Below, piece by piece: positions 50,525-63,445 of a stretch of 64,000 bases of DNA. A program made the translations under genes and the position numbers. Position 1 is the stretch's first letter. Every line of letters begins with the position of its first letter. Below the pieces are notes generated by a model. That model made no database searches. It was not told the origin of the DNA and was given only the letters and a program-made list of their open reading frames with translations. Origin of the DNA: the human T2T-CHM13v2.0 reference genome, Homo sapiens; assembly GCF_009914755.1 (NCBI RefSeq), contig NC_060937.1; one strand, 5' to 3'.

Positions 50525-50971
50525 CTCTATGAAACTAAAGAAATACAAACAAGCAAAAATAGAATATTTAAGATGATGGCAGTGTATCAGTATTAAGAGA
50601 GATTAAATAGCTTAGAAACTTTTAGACTGGAAATGAAAAGAGGAAATGAGGGCAGTTACGAATGCCCCCGCTAAAAACAAGAGAACAAGAGAAGCCTTCT
50701 TCACCAAATCCCATTATGAATAAGCCCCTGTGTGGCATTTTACATGTAAACACTAGTTAAAATGAATATTGAAATGGATAAAGAGAATTATAGTTATGCA
50801 AAATATTGCCATGCAAATGCTTATAGACACATGTCTTGAGGACCATGTGGTGCAGGTATAAAATTGAGTTTATTGGAAAGTGATTTACTGGCAAAGAAGT
50901 AGCAGAGCACACCCAATTCCCTGAGTTTTCCTTATTGGATATCTTTGGCAGGACAGAGGTGAGCTCTTGCA

Positions 50972-51003
50972 CTACTGGGAATGCATGCATGCATTCCCAG
51001 TAG
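50972..51003. repeat. Perfect 32-bp palindrome
   Basis: ctactgggaatgcatg|catgcattcccagtag; the halves are exact reverse complements. Confidence 0.97.
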
Positions 51004-51184
51004 AGGGGTGCCGGCCCACAAAGATGGATACATTTATAGGTCGAGAAGACAAGAGCTTCTATCTGGTCTGGAAAGTCACATTTTGGAAAGGAATATCTCC
51101 AGATGCACCAGCCCCGTCTTCCGCTGAGCTAACTCAGACCTGGTCAGCCAGGTCTCACCTAAGCTATTCAAATGCCGAAGGAAA

Positions 51185-51365
51185 TAATCCTCCAGATTTA
51201 GCAAATATTTTTTTAAAGATTTTCATTTACACTTGAATTTCAGATAAAAAATAATCAATTATTTGTATATAGCTGGGTATGTCTGGGACACACATACTAA
51301 AAAAAAAAAAATAAGTTACGTGAAATACAAATTGAACTAAATTTGTATTTAATCTGGCAATCCTA
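51185..51365. mobile_element. MER53 palindromic MITE
   Basis: ccagatttagcaaata..ttgaatttcagataaa ... tgaaatacaaattgaact..atctggcaatccta. Confidence 0.8.
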
Positions 51366-51385
51366 TGCCAGATTTGTCTCTATTC

Positions 51386-51595
51386 TTTTTTTTTATTATT
51401 ATTACACTTTAAGTTTTAGGGTACATGTGCACAATGTGCAGGTTAGTTACGTATGTATACATGTGCCATGTCGGTGTGCTGCACCCATTAATTCGTCATT
51501 TAACATTAGGTATATCTCCTAATGCTATCCCTCCCCCCTCCCCCCACCCCACAACAGTCCCCGGTGTGTGATGTTCCCCTTCCTGTGTCCATGTG
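51386..51595 (-). mobile_element. Short L1PA4/5-like 3' end
   Basis: T-tract plus a near-consensus antisense L1PA 3' UTR. Confidence 0.93.
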
Positions 51596-51819
51596 CTAAT
51601 GATAGCAAATGACCTGCTCGGTGGTGGGTGGGAGTGGTCTCATGACACAGACAGCTCAAGTAGAAGTGATTATTATGTATATGTGTATCAAGGGAAATCT
51701 GGCACCATATTTTCTGTTCCATTATTCTTTATTTTCTCTTGTTGTGTCTTCTTGAAATTATTCCATGTGATCCCAGGATTCCTAAAGATTCTCAAAATAA
51801 AGTGAGAAAATATTCTTTA

Positions 51820-52020
51820 ATACTGGGCAGCTTTGGGTTTTATTTTCCTTCTGTTATCGTGGACAAGTTGCTTCACCTTTCTTAAGCTAAATAGCTAAAT
51901 TTTCTCACCTGTAAAGTAGGCTTGTATAATATCAGACACAGATAATTTTTATGAGTAAATATTATAATGTATATCAAATGCACAGACTAGTGAATGCTCA
52001 CTAAATGATAGAAATCATTA
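51820..52020 (+). mobile_element. MIR
   Basis: ggacaagttgcttcacct..tttctcacctgtaaagtagg..gtgaatgctcactaaatg. Confidence 0.62.
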
Positions 52021-55000
52021 ATGTGACGTGTACTAGAAATATACTTTTCCAATTTATAAAAACTAAACAACACTTTAGAAAGACTGAAATATGCAAGTCT
52101 AAAAACAAATGGGAGAAAATGATATTTCACATACCACATACTAGGTGGAATAAGCTTAAAATGTAGTTCTCCACGATTGAATAGTTTCACAGAGAAGAGT
52201 TCATTATGGAATCAAAATGGAATAAAAAGAAAAGATTCCACATATGTGTTCATGCTTAAATATTATTGAACATATGGTGTTTTGGAGAATATTCCTTTTG
52301 TATTACCATGTAGAAGAGAAAATATCAAGCTTTATGTCCTTTCATTTTTTTATAAATATAATCAAATGTCGGTTTGCCCAACCATTAACACCATTTAAAT
52401 GAAAAAGTCAAAGTAATTTCTCTTCTTGTCATGTGCCCCATCCCCATCTTCAGTAATTATTCTGAATAGATTTTAATTAAAAATTTACCTCGATCAAGTT
52501 TTTGAAATCTAGGGCTTTAAAGACCCTACACTGAATTATTATTTAAATGAAAAGCTTTTTATCTCATGAAGCAGACTAAAATGTGTAGCATTGAGATTTT
52601 AGACATGGCATGAAATTTGTTAAAATTTAAATAAATGTTTTTCTTTCTGTAACAGTAGTGACTTCCCATTGAATATATGAATGCACTTGGGGACTACTGC
52701 TGCAGGTCATAAATGACTCAGGTGCTGTGGCCATCTTCTGATTGATGGTATTACAGTCATTTGATGATCATCTTTTATCCTATATATCATAATCTTCCAT
52801 TTCTAGGCTTTGAGTGCATAATTGAAATAATACGTTGGTGTTATATTATTAAAAATATGAATCTATAAGTTACCCACTCTTGCAGAGTTTAGGGAAAATT
52901 TATTAGTATATGTCTCACTAAATTGATGAAATTCATAAATACAGCTTAAGTAAATATCATTTTAAAGCTATTAATTTTTTTAAAGTACAACTTTACCAAT
53001 GCCTTTTTATCATCTGATTTTGAAGAAATGTCTTTTTTTCAAGGATTAAATAACTGAGCTGTGAAATTAGTTTTGTTGACTGTATCTATCAGATGAAAGT
53101 AGAATGAGAGGGGGACAAGGGAAAGTAACTCTTCGTTGGGACTTCACTGAGCCGAGTTCCTGGGAAATGCTTAGTGAGAAATCATAAATTAAAATGAGTG
53201 GAAGGAAGTGCCTTTTATGTAACTCATAATTAACCCTTGGAACCCTGCCACAATATTTTATGAAGGCAAATAACTTAGCAAGATTCAACAAGAAATTAGA
53301 TACCATATCTGAATAAGAGTGTCACTTGCAGTTAATCTGCCTCCAGTAAAAATTATAGAGGTTATCAATGATTATGCTTATATTTTAAATGATCACAAGC
53401 TAATGCCAAAAGAGTAATGTTCTTTGAGATATGGCGTCAGAGGCTGAGCTAAGTGTTTTGGAGTTTGGATGGGTCACAGATTCACAAAGTTTTTAGTTGT
53501 CACAAATTATATTCTCCTAAACTATACAGTAGTGTTACAAAAATACCAGATTAAGCAGATTAAGCATTTCATATATAAAATGGATCTAAGCCTTAGATTT
53601 TTCTTTCATCCTCTGCTTAATCCCACCCTTACTCATATTTTTTATTACAATGCCAGTATTTTCACTGTGCCCCCCACTCTGGATGGTGGTGGTAATACAT
53701 AGAGGGGATTGAAAGATTCTTTGAACAGTTTACAGTGGTGAGTTGAATATTCACAATATCATAATCTCAGACATTAAATAATGCAGTAGACAAGGTAGAG
53801 TATTTTGCACTTGGCTAAGTGGGTCTATTATAGTGAACATGTATGTGCTATTTCTTCTCAGCAGATTAAGCTGCTATGGAAGAATGAGCTATGCAACAAT
53901 TTCACAAAGTAAAATACGTCATTTTTTAGGGTTAAATTCAATCCGAGCATACAAAAATGATAAATTAGATGTTCCTTTGAGAGGTGGGTCTGAAGAAAAT
54001 CTGAGTATTTAATGTTATTCCAAGACAAAAAAATAAGTTTGGTGGTTTTCTTCTTGCCTTCCCTGGTCTGTTCTAGTGGCTCTTTATCTCTGTATTTTTA
54101 TATTTGTTTTAGTATGTGCCTTGCCCTGTGATTTTATTTATACTAAGATAAGAAAGAGAAGGTAAGGGTGTAGGAATAACCAAAACACAGTATAGTTGTG
54201 CCCAAATGAGAAACTGTAAGTTTGTATCATTTGAATACTATGTCTCTAGTTTGGAATTAGTTCTACCTGTATCATCTCTGTTATTTATTTCCATTGGAAA
54301 AATATTATATATTTAGTCATGATTAAGCTTATCTTTCTTTATCCTCCTTAAAGGAACCAACTATGAAAAAAGCAACATTTTCTGCCAAAATAAATTTGGT
54401 ATCGAGGTGTGAATCAATTATATCAAACGCATTTTTTAAAAAAAATTTATTTATAAGAGCAGTTCTTATTGAAATTAGACAACTTTTTTTTGTTTATATA
54501 TTTCTGAAGACTTCTGCTCATAGAATATAATGTAAAAGACTGCTGAGACTAAATTAACAGAAAATGAAGCTTCCTTCCATTAAGCCATAAGTTAGGTGAT
54601 GGTAATAATAACTGAATATTTTACAGTACAATTCTCAGTGTTTTTACTTCAGCTAGAATATCACAGATTGCCTCAACTGTTGAACTTCTCAAAGAAAGTT
54701 CAGTTGTAACATTCTATAGGAAAGGAGATCAATTTCACCCCAATACTTAATTTGCAGAGTTATTAATATGAATATTTTTTATACATAATTTTTTTGAAAG
54801 TTTAATCTTCTAACCTGTTCTGGTAATCAAAACTATAGTAAAATCTACCTTCCGGTTATATAGTTCATTATGAAACTTAGATTCTAGTTACTAAGAAAAA
54901 CTGCATTAATATATTATGTATCTATTAATGCATATATAATATGAATGTATCAATGCAGAAACAATCAATAGTCGTATTTTTCTTCATTATAAATTTTCAA

Positions 55001-55319
55001 TTTAATAACAACCTGCCATTTTTTCCCCTGGTAGGAGAGCTATTACTGGCAATTATGAGATACATAAAAAGCTTTAGCATTACAGAAAAGCAAACTGCTA
55101 CGTTTAGAAATTTTCATGTATACTTAGAAAGCTTACTGTTAACTACATTTTGTTTCTTACTTAAAAATTATGACAGTAAGTAGAGTTCTTTAAATTAAAG
55201 AAGAGGCTAGGACAGAAAACCTCTTTAAATCAGTTGGGTAGAAGTTTATGAGTCTTGCTAATAAACCATTCCAATTAAAAGAACAAAGCAGGAAGGTAGG
55301 GAATGCAAGACAGCTTGAC

Positions 55320-55450
55320 TATTATGGGCCAGGCATTTTTCTTGGTATTTTATATTCACAAGTATTGTACATTTAAGGTTCACACAAACTCTGTTGAAAG
55401 TTAGTCTTATTTGCTTCATCTGTACATAACGTAATGAGGTGCATCTTAAG
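55320..55450 (-). mobile_element. MIR fragment
   Basis: tatgggccaggcatt...cacaaactctg. Confidence 0.4.
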
Positions 55451-55544
55451 TTATAGGGAAGACTTTTCTGACATACAGAAAAGTTAATTTTTTCTTAGTA
55501 ACATGCCTGGTGGTCAGGTGCGCATCCTCTGGTGCCATACTTGC

Positions 55545-55750
55545 TGAACCTTCTGAATCCCAGTTTTGCCCTTCACCATCTATATGATATTTAGCAAAAA
55601 TACTTAACATTTTTAGTTATTTGATTTTTTTTCAGTTTTGGAAAGAGAGTAATAATAGAACTTGTCTCATTCTGCATGATGATTGTGATAGGATTAAATG
55701 AGATAATATAAGTAAAGCACTGAGCACATTTCCTGGCATATCAAATCCTA
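55545..55750 (+). mobile_element. MIR
   Basis: aggattaaatgagataatataagtaaagcactgagcacatttcctggcata. Confidence 0.75.
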
Positions 55751-55879
55751 AATTCTTATCAAAAGAAACTACTAATTTGGAAGTGAACAAATATATCATT
55801 TCTGTAATACCATGTCTAAAATAATATTGTAGTAGTTACCAGAAGTAGAATTCAGTCCAGAGGTTTCAATTTTATTTTT

Positions 55880-57800
55880 CTCTTTTTGATTATATATGTT
55901 AGAGTATGTAATATTTTAAAACGAATTGAAATATAAAAAAGATAATATGAAATCTGGTGCAACTGCTGTCAATATTTAATGAATGTTAACATGTCACATT
56001 TTGAATATTTTGTGATAATTTTATAATTCTTTGGATGCAATTGCTGAAGTCTTTTTATACCCTATTTCCACATAGACATTTACCCTCTGCTCCATTCCTT
56101 CCTTTGCATTCTGGCATAAACCACCACCCTAAAGCTTGTATGGATCTTTCTCTTTCATGATTTGAAATTCATCATGTATGCATACATTCAAAAATAATGT
56201 AATGATATTGTTTTATATGCTTTTAATCTTTGTATAAATGGTAGCAGGTCATTTGTATCATTCTTCAGATTGCTTTTGACTTCAGCATTGTATTTTTGAG
56301 AATTATTTACGATGATTAATGAAGACATAGTCTACATTTTAATTGTTCTAGAACATAGCCTATATGACTATATCCATTCATCTGCTGATAATATTTAGGT
56401 TGTTTCCATTTTTTTCTATTACAAAAAAGCACAGCAATGTTATTCATATCAAATTATGCAAAAGTGCAAGAGTTCCTCAAGCGCTCTGTTTAGAAGTAGA
56501 ATTTCTGGCTGATGGGATATGTGTCACTCCAGTGATTAGTTTCCTATTGATGCAGTAACAAGTTACCATACATTTAGTGACTTGAAATGACAAATATTTA
56601 TGATATTACAATAGATATATAGATCTAAGTACTAGATCACAACTGTCACACAGGTCTCACTTAGCTAACCAGCATGTTGGCAGTGCTGTATTTCTTTCTG
56701 GAGACTGTAGGGGATAATTTGTTTTCTTCCCTTTTCTTAGTCCTAGAGGCTGCTCACAATCCTTGGTTACGACCCTTCCTTCATCTTCAATGCCAGCAGT
56801 GGTGGGCCAAGTCCCTCTCATATCATATCACTCTGACCATTGTTATATCTATCTCCCTCTATGAATGACTGGGAAAGGTTATCCATTTCAACGACTCACA
56901 GTATTATATTGGGTCCAACAAGATAATTTAGTAAAATCTCCCTATTTTAAGGTCAGCTAATTAGGAATGTTAATTCTTATTCAACCTTAATCTTTTTTTG
57001 CCTTGTAACCCAACACAGTCAGAGGCTCTGAGGATTAGGACATTTACATCTTTGGGGGAGCAGGTCATTGCTCTGCCTGCCATGTCAACATTACCCAGTA
57101 TTGCCTAGTAACTCTCTAAAATGTTTGTACCAGTTATGCCCCTACAAGTAGTGGATGAGCTTTCTTTTTTCTTTACATCTGGTCCACATTTCGTGTTGTT
57201 GGGTATTTACATTTTTGGCAATCTGTAATCTCTTACTGTTAATTTAATTTTTCTTTTCTCAACAGAATTTTGATTTTAATTTCTCAAGTAAATTGAACTT
57301 CTTATAATGTGTTCATTGATTATTTTGGTTTCCTTTTTGAATATTAGTTTCATATCTCTTGTTATTTTTCTAGCTGCATTGTTTTCTGTTTTTATATTAG
57401 TTTTAGAAGTTATTTATATATTCTCTATATTAATTCTTGGTAGGTTAAGTGGGTTCTCCAATATTGCAGTCCTATTTTAAAATGCATTTACCTTATTTTT
57501 GTATGAGAATTAAAATTTTAATGCAGAAGAATTTACTAATCTTTTACAGTTTGTACATTTTTTGTCTCATTTAAGATGTTATTCCTAATCTGAGGTTAAA
57601 AGATACTGCTCTATTTTTTTATACTTACAAAAGTTTTTCTCATATAAGTCTTTAATCCACTTGAAACTTTCAATGTGCTGTAAGGCAGAGATCCAATTTT
57701 ATTTTATTTTCCATATGGATAACAATTGTTTTAATTTCATATACTGAATTTTCAGTGGTTTCCCCACTCATTTTCTCCTTCTCAAAGCCTGCCATTATAA
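55880..57800 (-). mobile_element. L1ME fragment interrupted by MLT1D
   Basis: Antisense old-L1 motifs (atttaggttgtttccatt; aagtctttaatccacttg; ttccatatggataacaattg). Confidence 0.72.
56531..57083 (-). mobile_element. MLT1D-like MaLR solo LTR
   Basis: attagtttcctattg..gtaacaagttacca; aatctccctattttaaggtcagct; ggattaggac..acatctttggggg. Confidence 0.82.
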
Positions 57801-57944
57801 TTTGTACATTTCTAGATTTCTATTCAAAATACAATTCCCTGTTTTTAACCCCTCAACTGCAGTTCATACTACAATCTTACCCTTACAAACCTTAAATAGC
57901 TGATGATCTGCTGTATGTTAACCTGGATACCGAGTACATTGGTA

Positions 57945-58385
57945 TATGAATTAGGTTTGCTACAATAATAAATGACTTCTTCTTCTTTTTGGTTTTAGAA
58001 ACAAAAGTTTTGTCACATATGTTCATGGTGACTGCTCATCAGTTGCTTCTGTTTCTGTTCCATATGTCTTTTCATTTGAGTCCCAGCTAAAAAAAGAGAA
58101 GCTCCCATCTGAGAAGTGTGATTCACATGGTACAGGAAATAGAGGAAGAGAGTTGGCAACTCATTTAATGGCTCTCAAAGCCTCTGCTTGAATGTGAAGC
58201 ACATTACTTCCACTCATTCCATTTGCCAAAGCAAGTCACATGGCTAAGCACTGTGTTGATTGGACAGGGAGATATATCTTCTTCCAATAAGAGATTCAGC
58301 AAGGCACATCACAAAGACCAAAAGATATATAGTTTTCTTTTAAGATGGGAGAGTGACTATTAGCAAAAAAAATTAGTCAATATGC
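57945..58385 (-). mobile_element. Old MLT1 (I/K/L-like) LTR
   Basis: acttccactcattccatttgccaaagcaagtcacatggctaagc. Confidence 0.65.
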
Positions 58386-58879
58386 CAGAATAAGTATTCA
58401 TTTTACCATTCATATTTGTTAATTGTACATGTTTTAGATAATTGCATATTTCATATATTTGACATTAAAATAGTGAGTTAATAATCTGTACATATCGGGT
58501 GAAGGATTGATACTGAATGCAGTAACAAATATAAAATGTGAAACAAATCTTTAAGAGAGATACGTAGACTATATTCAGCATCTGCCATGAACCCAATGAT
58601 GGCATGAAATTTGAAAGATAAAATAGAGGGCAGTTTTTAGAAATAAAGAATGTTGAGTCTACAGATTAAATAAAGGGGTTCACAGAGGTCCAACCAAGAT
58701 GAATAAAGTAAAAGTAAAGGAGGTTTTACATATAAAGGAGGGATTGATTGAATCTGTTATTAATGTGGTAACAAAACTTGGGATTTAAAAACAGAGATGT
58801 GACATACTAGAATCATCCACTTTTGATTCATCATGAGTTCATTTTCATAGTTTGTACTCCAGTCTCCTCTTCATTCCTT

Positions 58880-59190
58880 TTTAAATTTTCACTCACTGTT
58901 CCAGGCACACTGAACTTTAAATATGTTTTTTTCTAAGCCACCATGCCTTTTTGTTCCTGCTCATGCCGTTCTCATTCCCTGAACTTTCCTTCATTGTTCA
59001 TTGTGCCAACAGTTTATCACTCCATTCTCTGTGCTTCATTAACCTGTATGCATACTTTTGACATAGCACTTTTATTAGTCATGTTTTCGTATGTGTTTCT
59101 GTATTTCTACTTATCATCAAAGCCTAGTCCCTGTAGGAGGCTTGCATATAGGATAAACTCATAGAGTACATGATTTAATGAGTAAATTGT
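58880..59190 (+). mobile_element. L2 fragment
   Basis: ccaggcacactgaactt...gcttgcatataggataaactc..aatgagtaaa. Confidence 0.45.
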
Positions 59191-60001
59191 GTCCCTCACT
59201 TTTTTCGGACTTTCTTTCCACGGTTGCGCTGAAACTCATCCATTCCATCATTCAATCTAGTGGTTTTCAGTGGTGGTATCATACCATTCAGGTAGAGGTA
59301 ATTGAGAAAAATAGAAATAATTTTGGGAAATTGCCACTGCAAAGGAAATTTGGGCAAGGAGTCATAAACTCTGTCTTAAATGGTGACAATTTGAGTGGTT
59401 ATTATAGTCCAAGTCTTCTCTGTCAAGAAAGTAATCAAATTCCTTTATGAACTTAGAGGTGACAGCAGGAAAACTAAGAGAAGCCGATTTATTTTCTCAC
59501 TGGTGTAAAAATAATTTATTATTAAAATGACTTTAAGCATAAGCAACACAACTGATCATTTGACTAATGATAAAATTGAGAAAATAGCGCTTACAAATTG
59601 TGAAGAAACCTATATTCTTTAACTATGCAATTTAAATATGAATAATATTTCCCTATGGTGTTCCCTAGGGTGTAGACTCAGATCTTATTTTTACTATAAT
59701 ACAAACAGAAGATGACTTACAGAAGAGATTTCATGACCTGTAAGGAATCCAAATTTTGTGTTACAAATATTAGAGAAGTACACAATGGCAACCATGAAAG
59801 GGATGTGTGTAATCCCCAGTGGAAAGAAGTGCTGTACTAAGAGTGTCAATTTAATGAGGTATAGAATTAAAAAATACCATCCGAGTTATAGGATGAAACA
59901 AGGTAGAAGGCAGCAGTAACACATTTTTTTTGAGATACTTAATTATATAGCTAATTTATTTTAAGTAAGCTCTTTAGAATGCTCAATAAAATATTATTCG
60001 T

Positions 60002-60338
<337 letters not shown>

Positions 60339-60695
60339 TCAGGTTGCTGAATGAATGTCTGATTTTGGGAATAGATACCTTGGGCTATTATATCTTTGAA
60401 CATTTATATATTAATCTTTGAGGAATTCAGAGAAAAACATGTATTTATTCTTGTATTGGAAGAGGAGGCTTGAAAATGAAATACAAATAATTAGTCCCAA
60501 GGAGGAAAAACTAGAGGTAGTAAAGAGAGTGACAATATAAATAAGCAAGAGTATGGACAAAAATATTGGATGCATTATACCATAAAAGCAATTAAAGCAA
60601 TTAAAAAGTGATAAAACTCCTGTCTTCTGTATTGACTGAATTGTTTACAAACTCCCAGAATTCACAGACACTTTAAGTGGACATTTTTCACTTTT

Positions 60696-60711
60696 GTTTT
60701 CCCTTTCTTTT

Positions 60712-60747
<36 letters not shown>

Positions 60748-61102
60748 TCCTCTTTCTTTCTTTTTATTTCTTTCTATTTCTTTCCTTCCTTCCTTTCCTT
60801 CCTTTCTTTCCTTCCTTCCTTCTTTCTTTCTTTCTTTCTTTCTTTCTTTCCTCTTTCTTTCTTTTTATTTCTTTCTATTTCTTTCCTTCCTTCCTTTCCT
60901 TCCTTTCTTTCCTTCCTTCCTTCTTTCTTTCTTTCGTTCTTTCTTTCCTTCTTTCTTCTTTCTCTCTTTCTTCTCCTTCCTTTCTTTCTTTTCTTTCTCT
61001 CTTTCTTTCTCTTTCTCTCTTTCTTTCTTCCTCCCTCCCTTCCTTCCTTCCTTCCTTCTTTCCTTCCCTCCCTCCCTCCCTCTTTCCTTCCTTCTTTTTC
61101 TT
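60696..61102. repeat. Complex (TTTC)n/(TTCC)n polypyrimidine tract
   Basis: About 400 bp with only 4 A and 1 G on the + strand. Confidence 0.97.
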
Positions 61103-61361
61103 ACATAAATGTGCTAATAATTTGCTGTGGCTACCCAATATTTAAATCCATTCTAATTTAGGAAAAATTTTGCATGATTATTTGTAGGAGATGGAGTACA
61201 TCTAACCCAAAAATCTGGGGCTGTATTTCTTTAATTTAAATAAATCAACCAATAAATTATTAAATGCATAAGGATTGCCATTAAACTTGAGAATATCAAT
61301 TAGCAGGCAATTTGAGAGCCTTCTCTGCAAATATCTGTGTAGGTTTTAAAATTTTAACTAC

Positions 61362-61808
61362 TGTCAGACAAGTTAGCCTGCCACAGTTTCATGGATGCTG
61401 GAAGAAGACACAAGACTTGTGGATCAGAGTCAAAGGATAGTATATCACTCATAGCAATAGGGCAGCTTATTGCTCACAGGAATAGAAGCAGCCAGAATAC
61501 TAAATACTTTTGTATCCGTTTCCTGAGTTCCATTTCCACATGGCTATATAGAGGGCCAGATGACATATGCACACTCAGTGAGATGTATGACAAAATATGG
61601 GCCTTAGGAATCTGAATATTCTGTGGCCAGTTGGCACACTTGGCATATGCTCTAGAGGGAGGCACTACCTAACTCTATTTTTAAAGGTAATTCCCAATAC
61701 AAGCATGCTTTAAAAGATTGTCCAGAGCAAAGAGCAGTCAATGACTTGCTTATAAGACCTATGAAAACTTGATAGACCCATGGGAAATTTATTGTATTTC
61801 CTCCAACA
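61362..61808 (-). mobile_element. LTR40-like ERVL solo LTR
   Basis: Minus strand tgttgga...cccatgggtct start and gtgtcttcttccagcatccatgaaactgtggcaggctaacttg..tgaca end. Confidence 0.78.
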
Positions 61809-63020
61809 CCAGTAGATCACAATCATTCAAGATTATCAGATTAAGCATGCATGCCTCAGAGTATTACACTTAGGATATAAGGTAAAAAAAATCTTACCTG
61901 GAATATTTTATTATTTATATATTTAATGCTACTGTTCTTAAGTAGAAAAAAGTTATCTTACATAAAAAATGTCAAATGTGAACCCCATTTATAGATCTGT
62001 TATTAGGATGAAAAGTTGTTTGTAAACTGCTATGAACATAAAGTGTTATATATCTGTTCTAAGATGATTACAGATACACTTTACGGTTGTTTTACAGATG
62101 TTAAAGCTAAAGACAGTAATAGTGAAAGGGCAAATCCAACTTTACTTTCAAAGATTAATAAGGGGTTAAGTTATGTCTCGTGACTCTGAGAGTTCTTTGT
62201 TTTGTATTGCTTTGTTTTAAATGAAAACGTTCACTGGTGTTAAATGCTAGGCTGATAACAAGCAAACATGATCATTGAAAATTATAAAGTTTGTTTTTTC
62301 TCTGTATTTACTGGACATCTTGTTTCACAATATATTCATTTGTTTTAAATACATATACAGAATTATTTCTTAAATTTGTATTTTTTACTTTGATAATGCT
62401 ACTTCTATGGCATTAACTCAATACAATTTCTAGTTTTCTCCGTTTTCATGAATGATACTGACAACGGCATTATTACTAGATACACAAGTGGGTCTGAAAA
62501 TACAAAATCTGACCTTTATCGCTAATGGGATTAGCATGGGCTGCCATCTTTCATGGTGTGACATAACTGCTGTTTTGATAACTGACTACAATCAATCCTC
62601 TGCACTTGCTTGATTCAGCAGAGCTGAATTGCTTTGAAGCCCTTCTCGCTGAGAAAACTGATTTTACTCTGGGAATTGGTGAATAATGTTTCTCTTACTC
62701 TATACAGCTTTTGAGGGAATCTAATAAAACTGTTACCAAAGCATAATGACAATGTATGTGTAAGCATAATTTAAATAAACATACTTTAAAACTCAGTTGT
62801 GAACCAAAATTGAATTTAGTGATTTGGATGTCAGAAACCTAGAATGAATGTCTTAGGCAGTGGGGCTAAAAGAAGAAAATCTAATGTCATTTGGCATGCT
62901 GTTAGGTTCCATGTTAGTCTTATTAAACTCATAATAAAACTCAATATCAATAAAAAGCAATGTTTTCTAAGACCTAAAATTAAAGCAAAGGTAGAAAGTT
63001 TAAACTTTAAAAATGCCACT

Positions 63021-63405
63021 TGATATGGTTTGGCTCTGTGTCCCCACTCAAATCTCATCTTGAATTGTAATCCCCACATTTAAAGGGAGGGACCTGTAAT
63101 TCCCTGTGTCAAGAGAGGGAGGTGATTGGATCATGGGGACAGTTCTCCCATGCTGTTCTCGTGATAGTGAGTTCTCACGAGATCTGATGGTTTTATAAGT
63201 GTTTGGACGTTCATCCTTCATTCTTCTCTCTCCTACTGCCTTGTGAAGAAGGTGCTTGCTTCCTTTTCACCGTCTGCCATGATTGTAAGTTTCCTGAGGC
63301 CTCCCCAGCCATCCAGAACCATGAGAATTCAATTAAACCTCTTTCCTTTATATATTATCTAGTTTGGGGTGTTTCTCTATAGCAGTGTGAAAACAGACTA
63401 ATACA
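63021..63405 (+). mobile_element. THE1D-like MaLR solo LTR
   Basis: tgatatggtttggctctgtgtcccca...gactaataca; 5-bp TSD ccact at 63016-63020 and 63406-63410. Confidence 0.95.
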
Positions 63406-63445
63406 CCACTTCATTTATGTTTACCTTCATGACTTGGAGGAAAAA

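Noticed and set aside
54903-54930. Small inverted repeats (gcattaata..tattaatgc; similar ones at 19136-19153, 43608-43629 and 45301-45315)
   Set aside because: Arms of 6-9 bp are expected by chance in AT-rich DNA.
60677-61161. 143-155-aa F/L/S/P-rich and K/E/R-rich ORFs
   Set aside because: These are translations of a microsatellite that cannot contain stop codons.
62098-62183. Acceptor-like ttgtttttacag followed by a short open frame (DVKAKDSNSERANP..)
   Set aside because: There is no good donor, the frame stops after ~28 codons and I recognise no homology.
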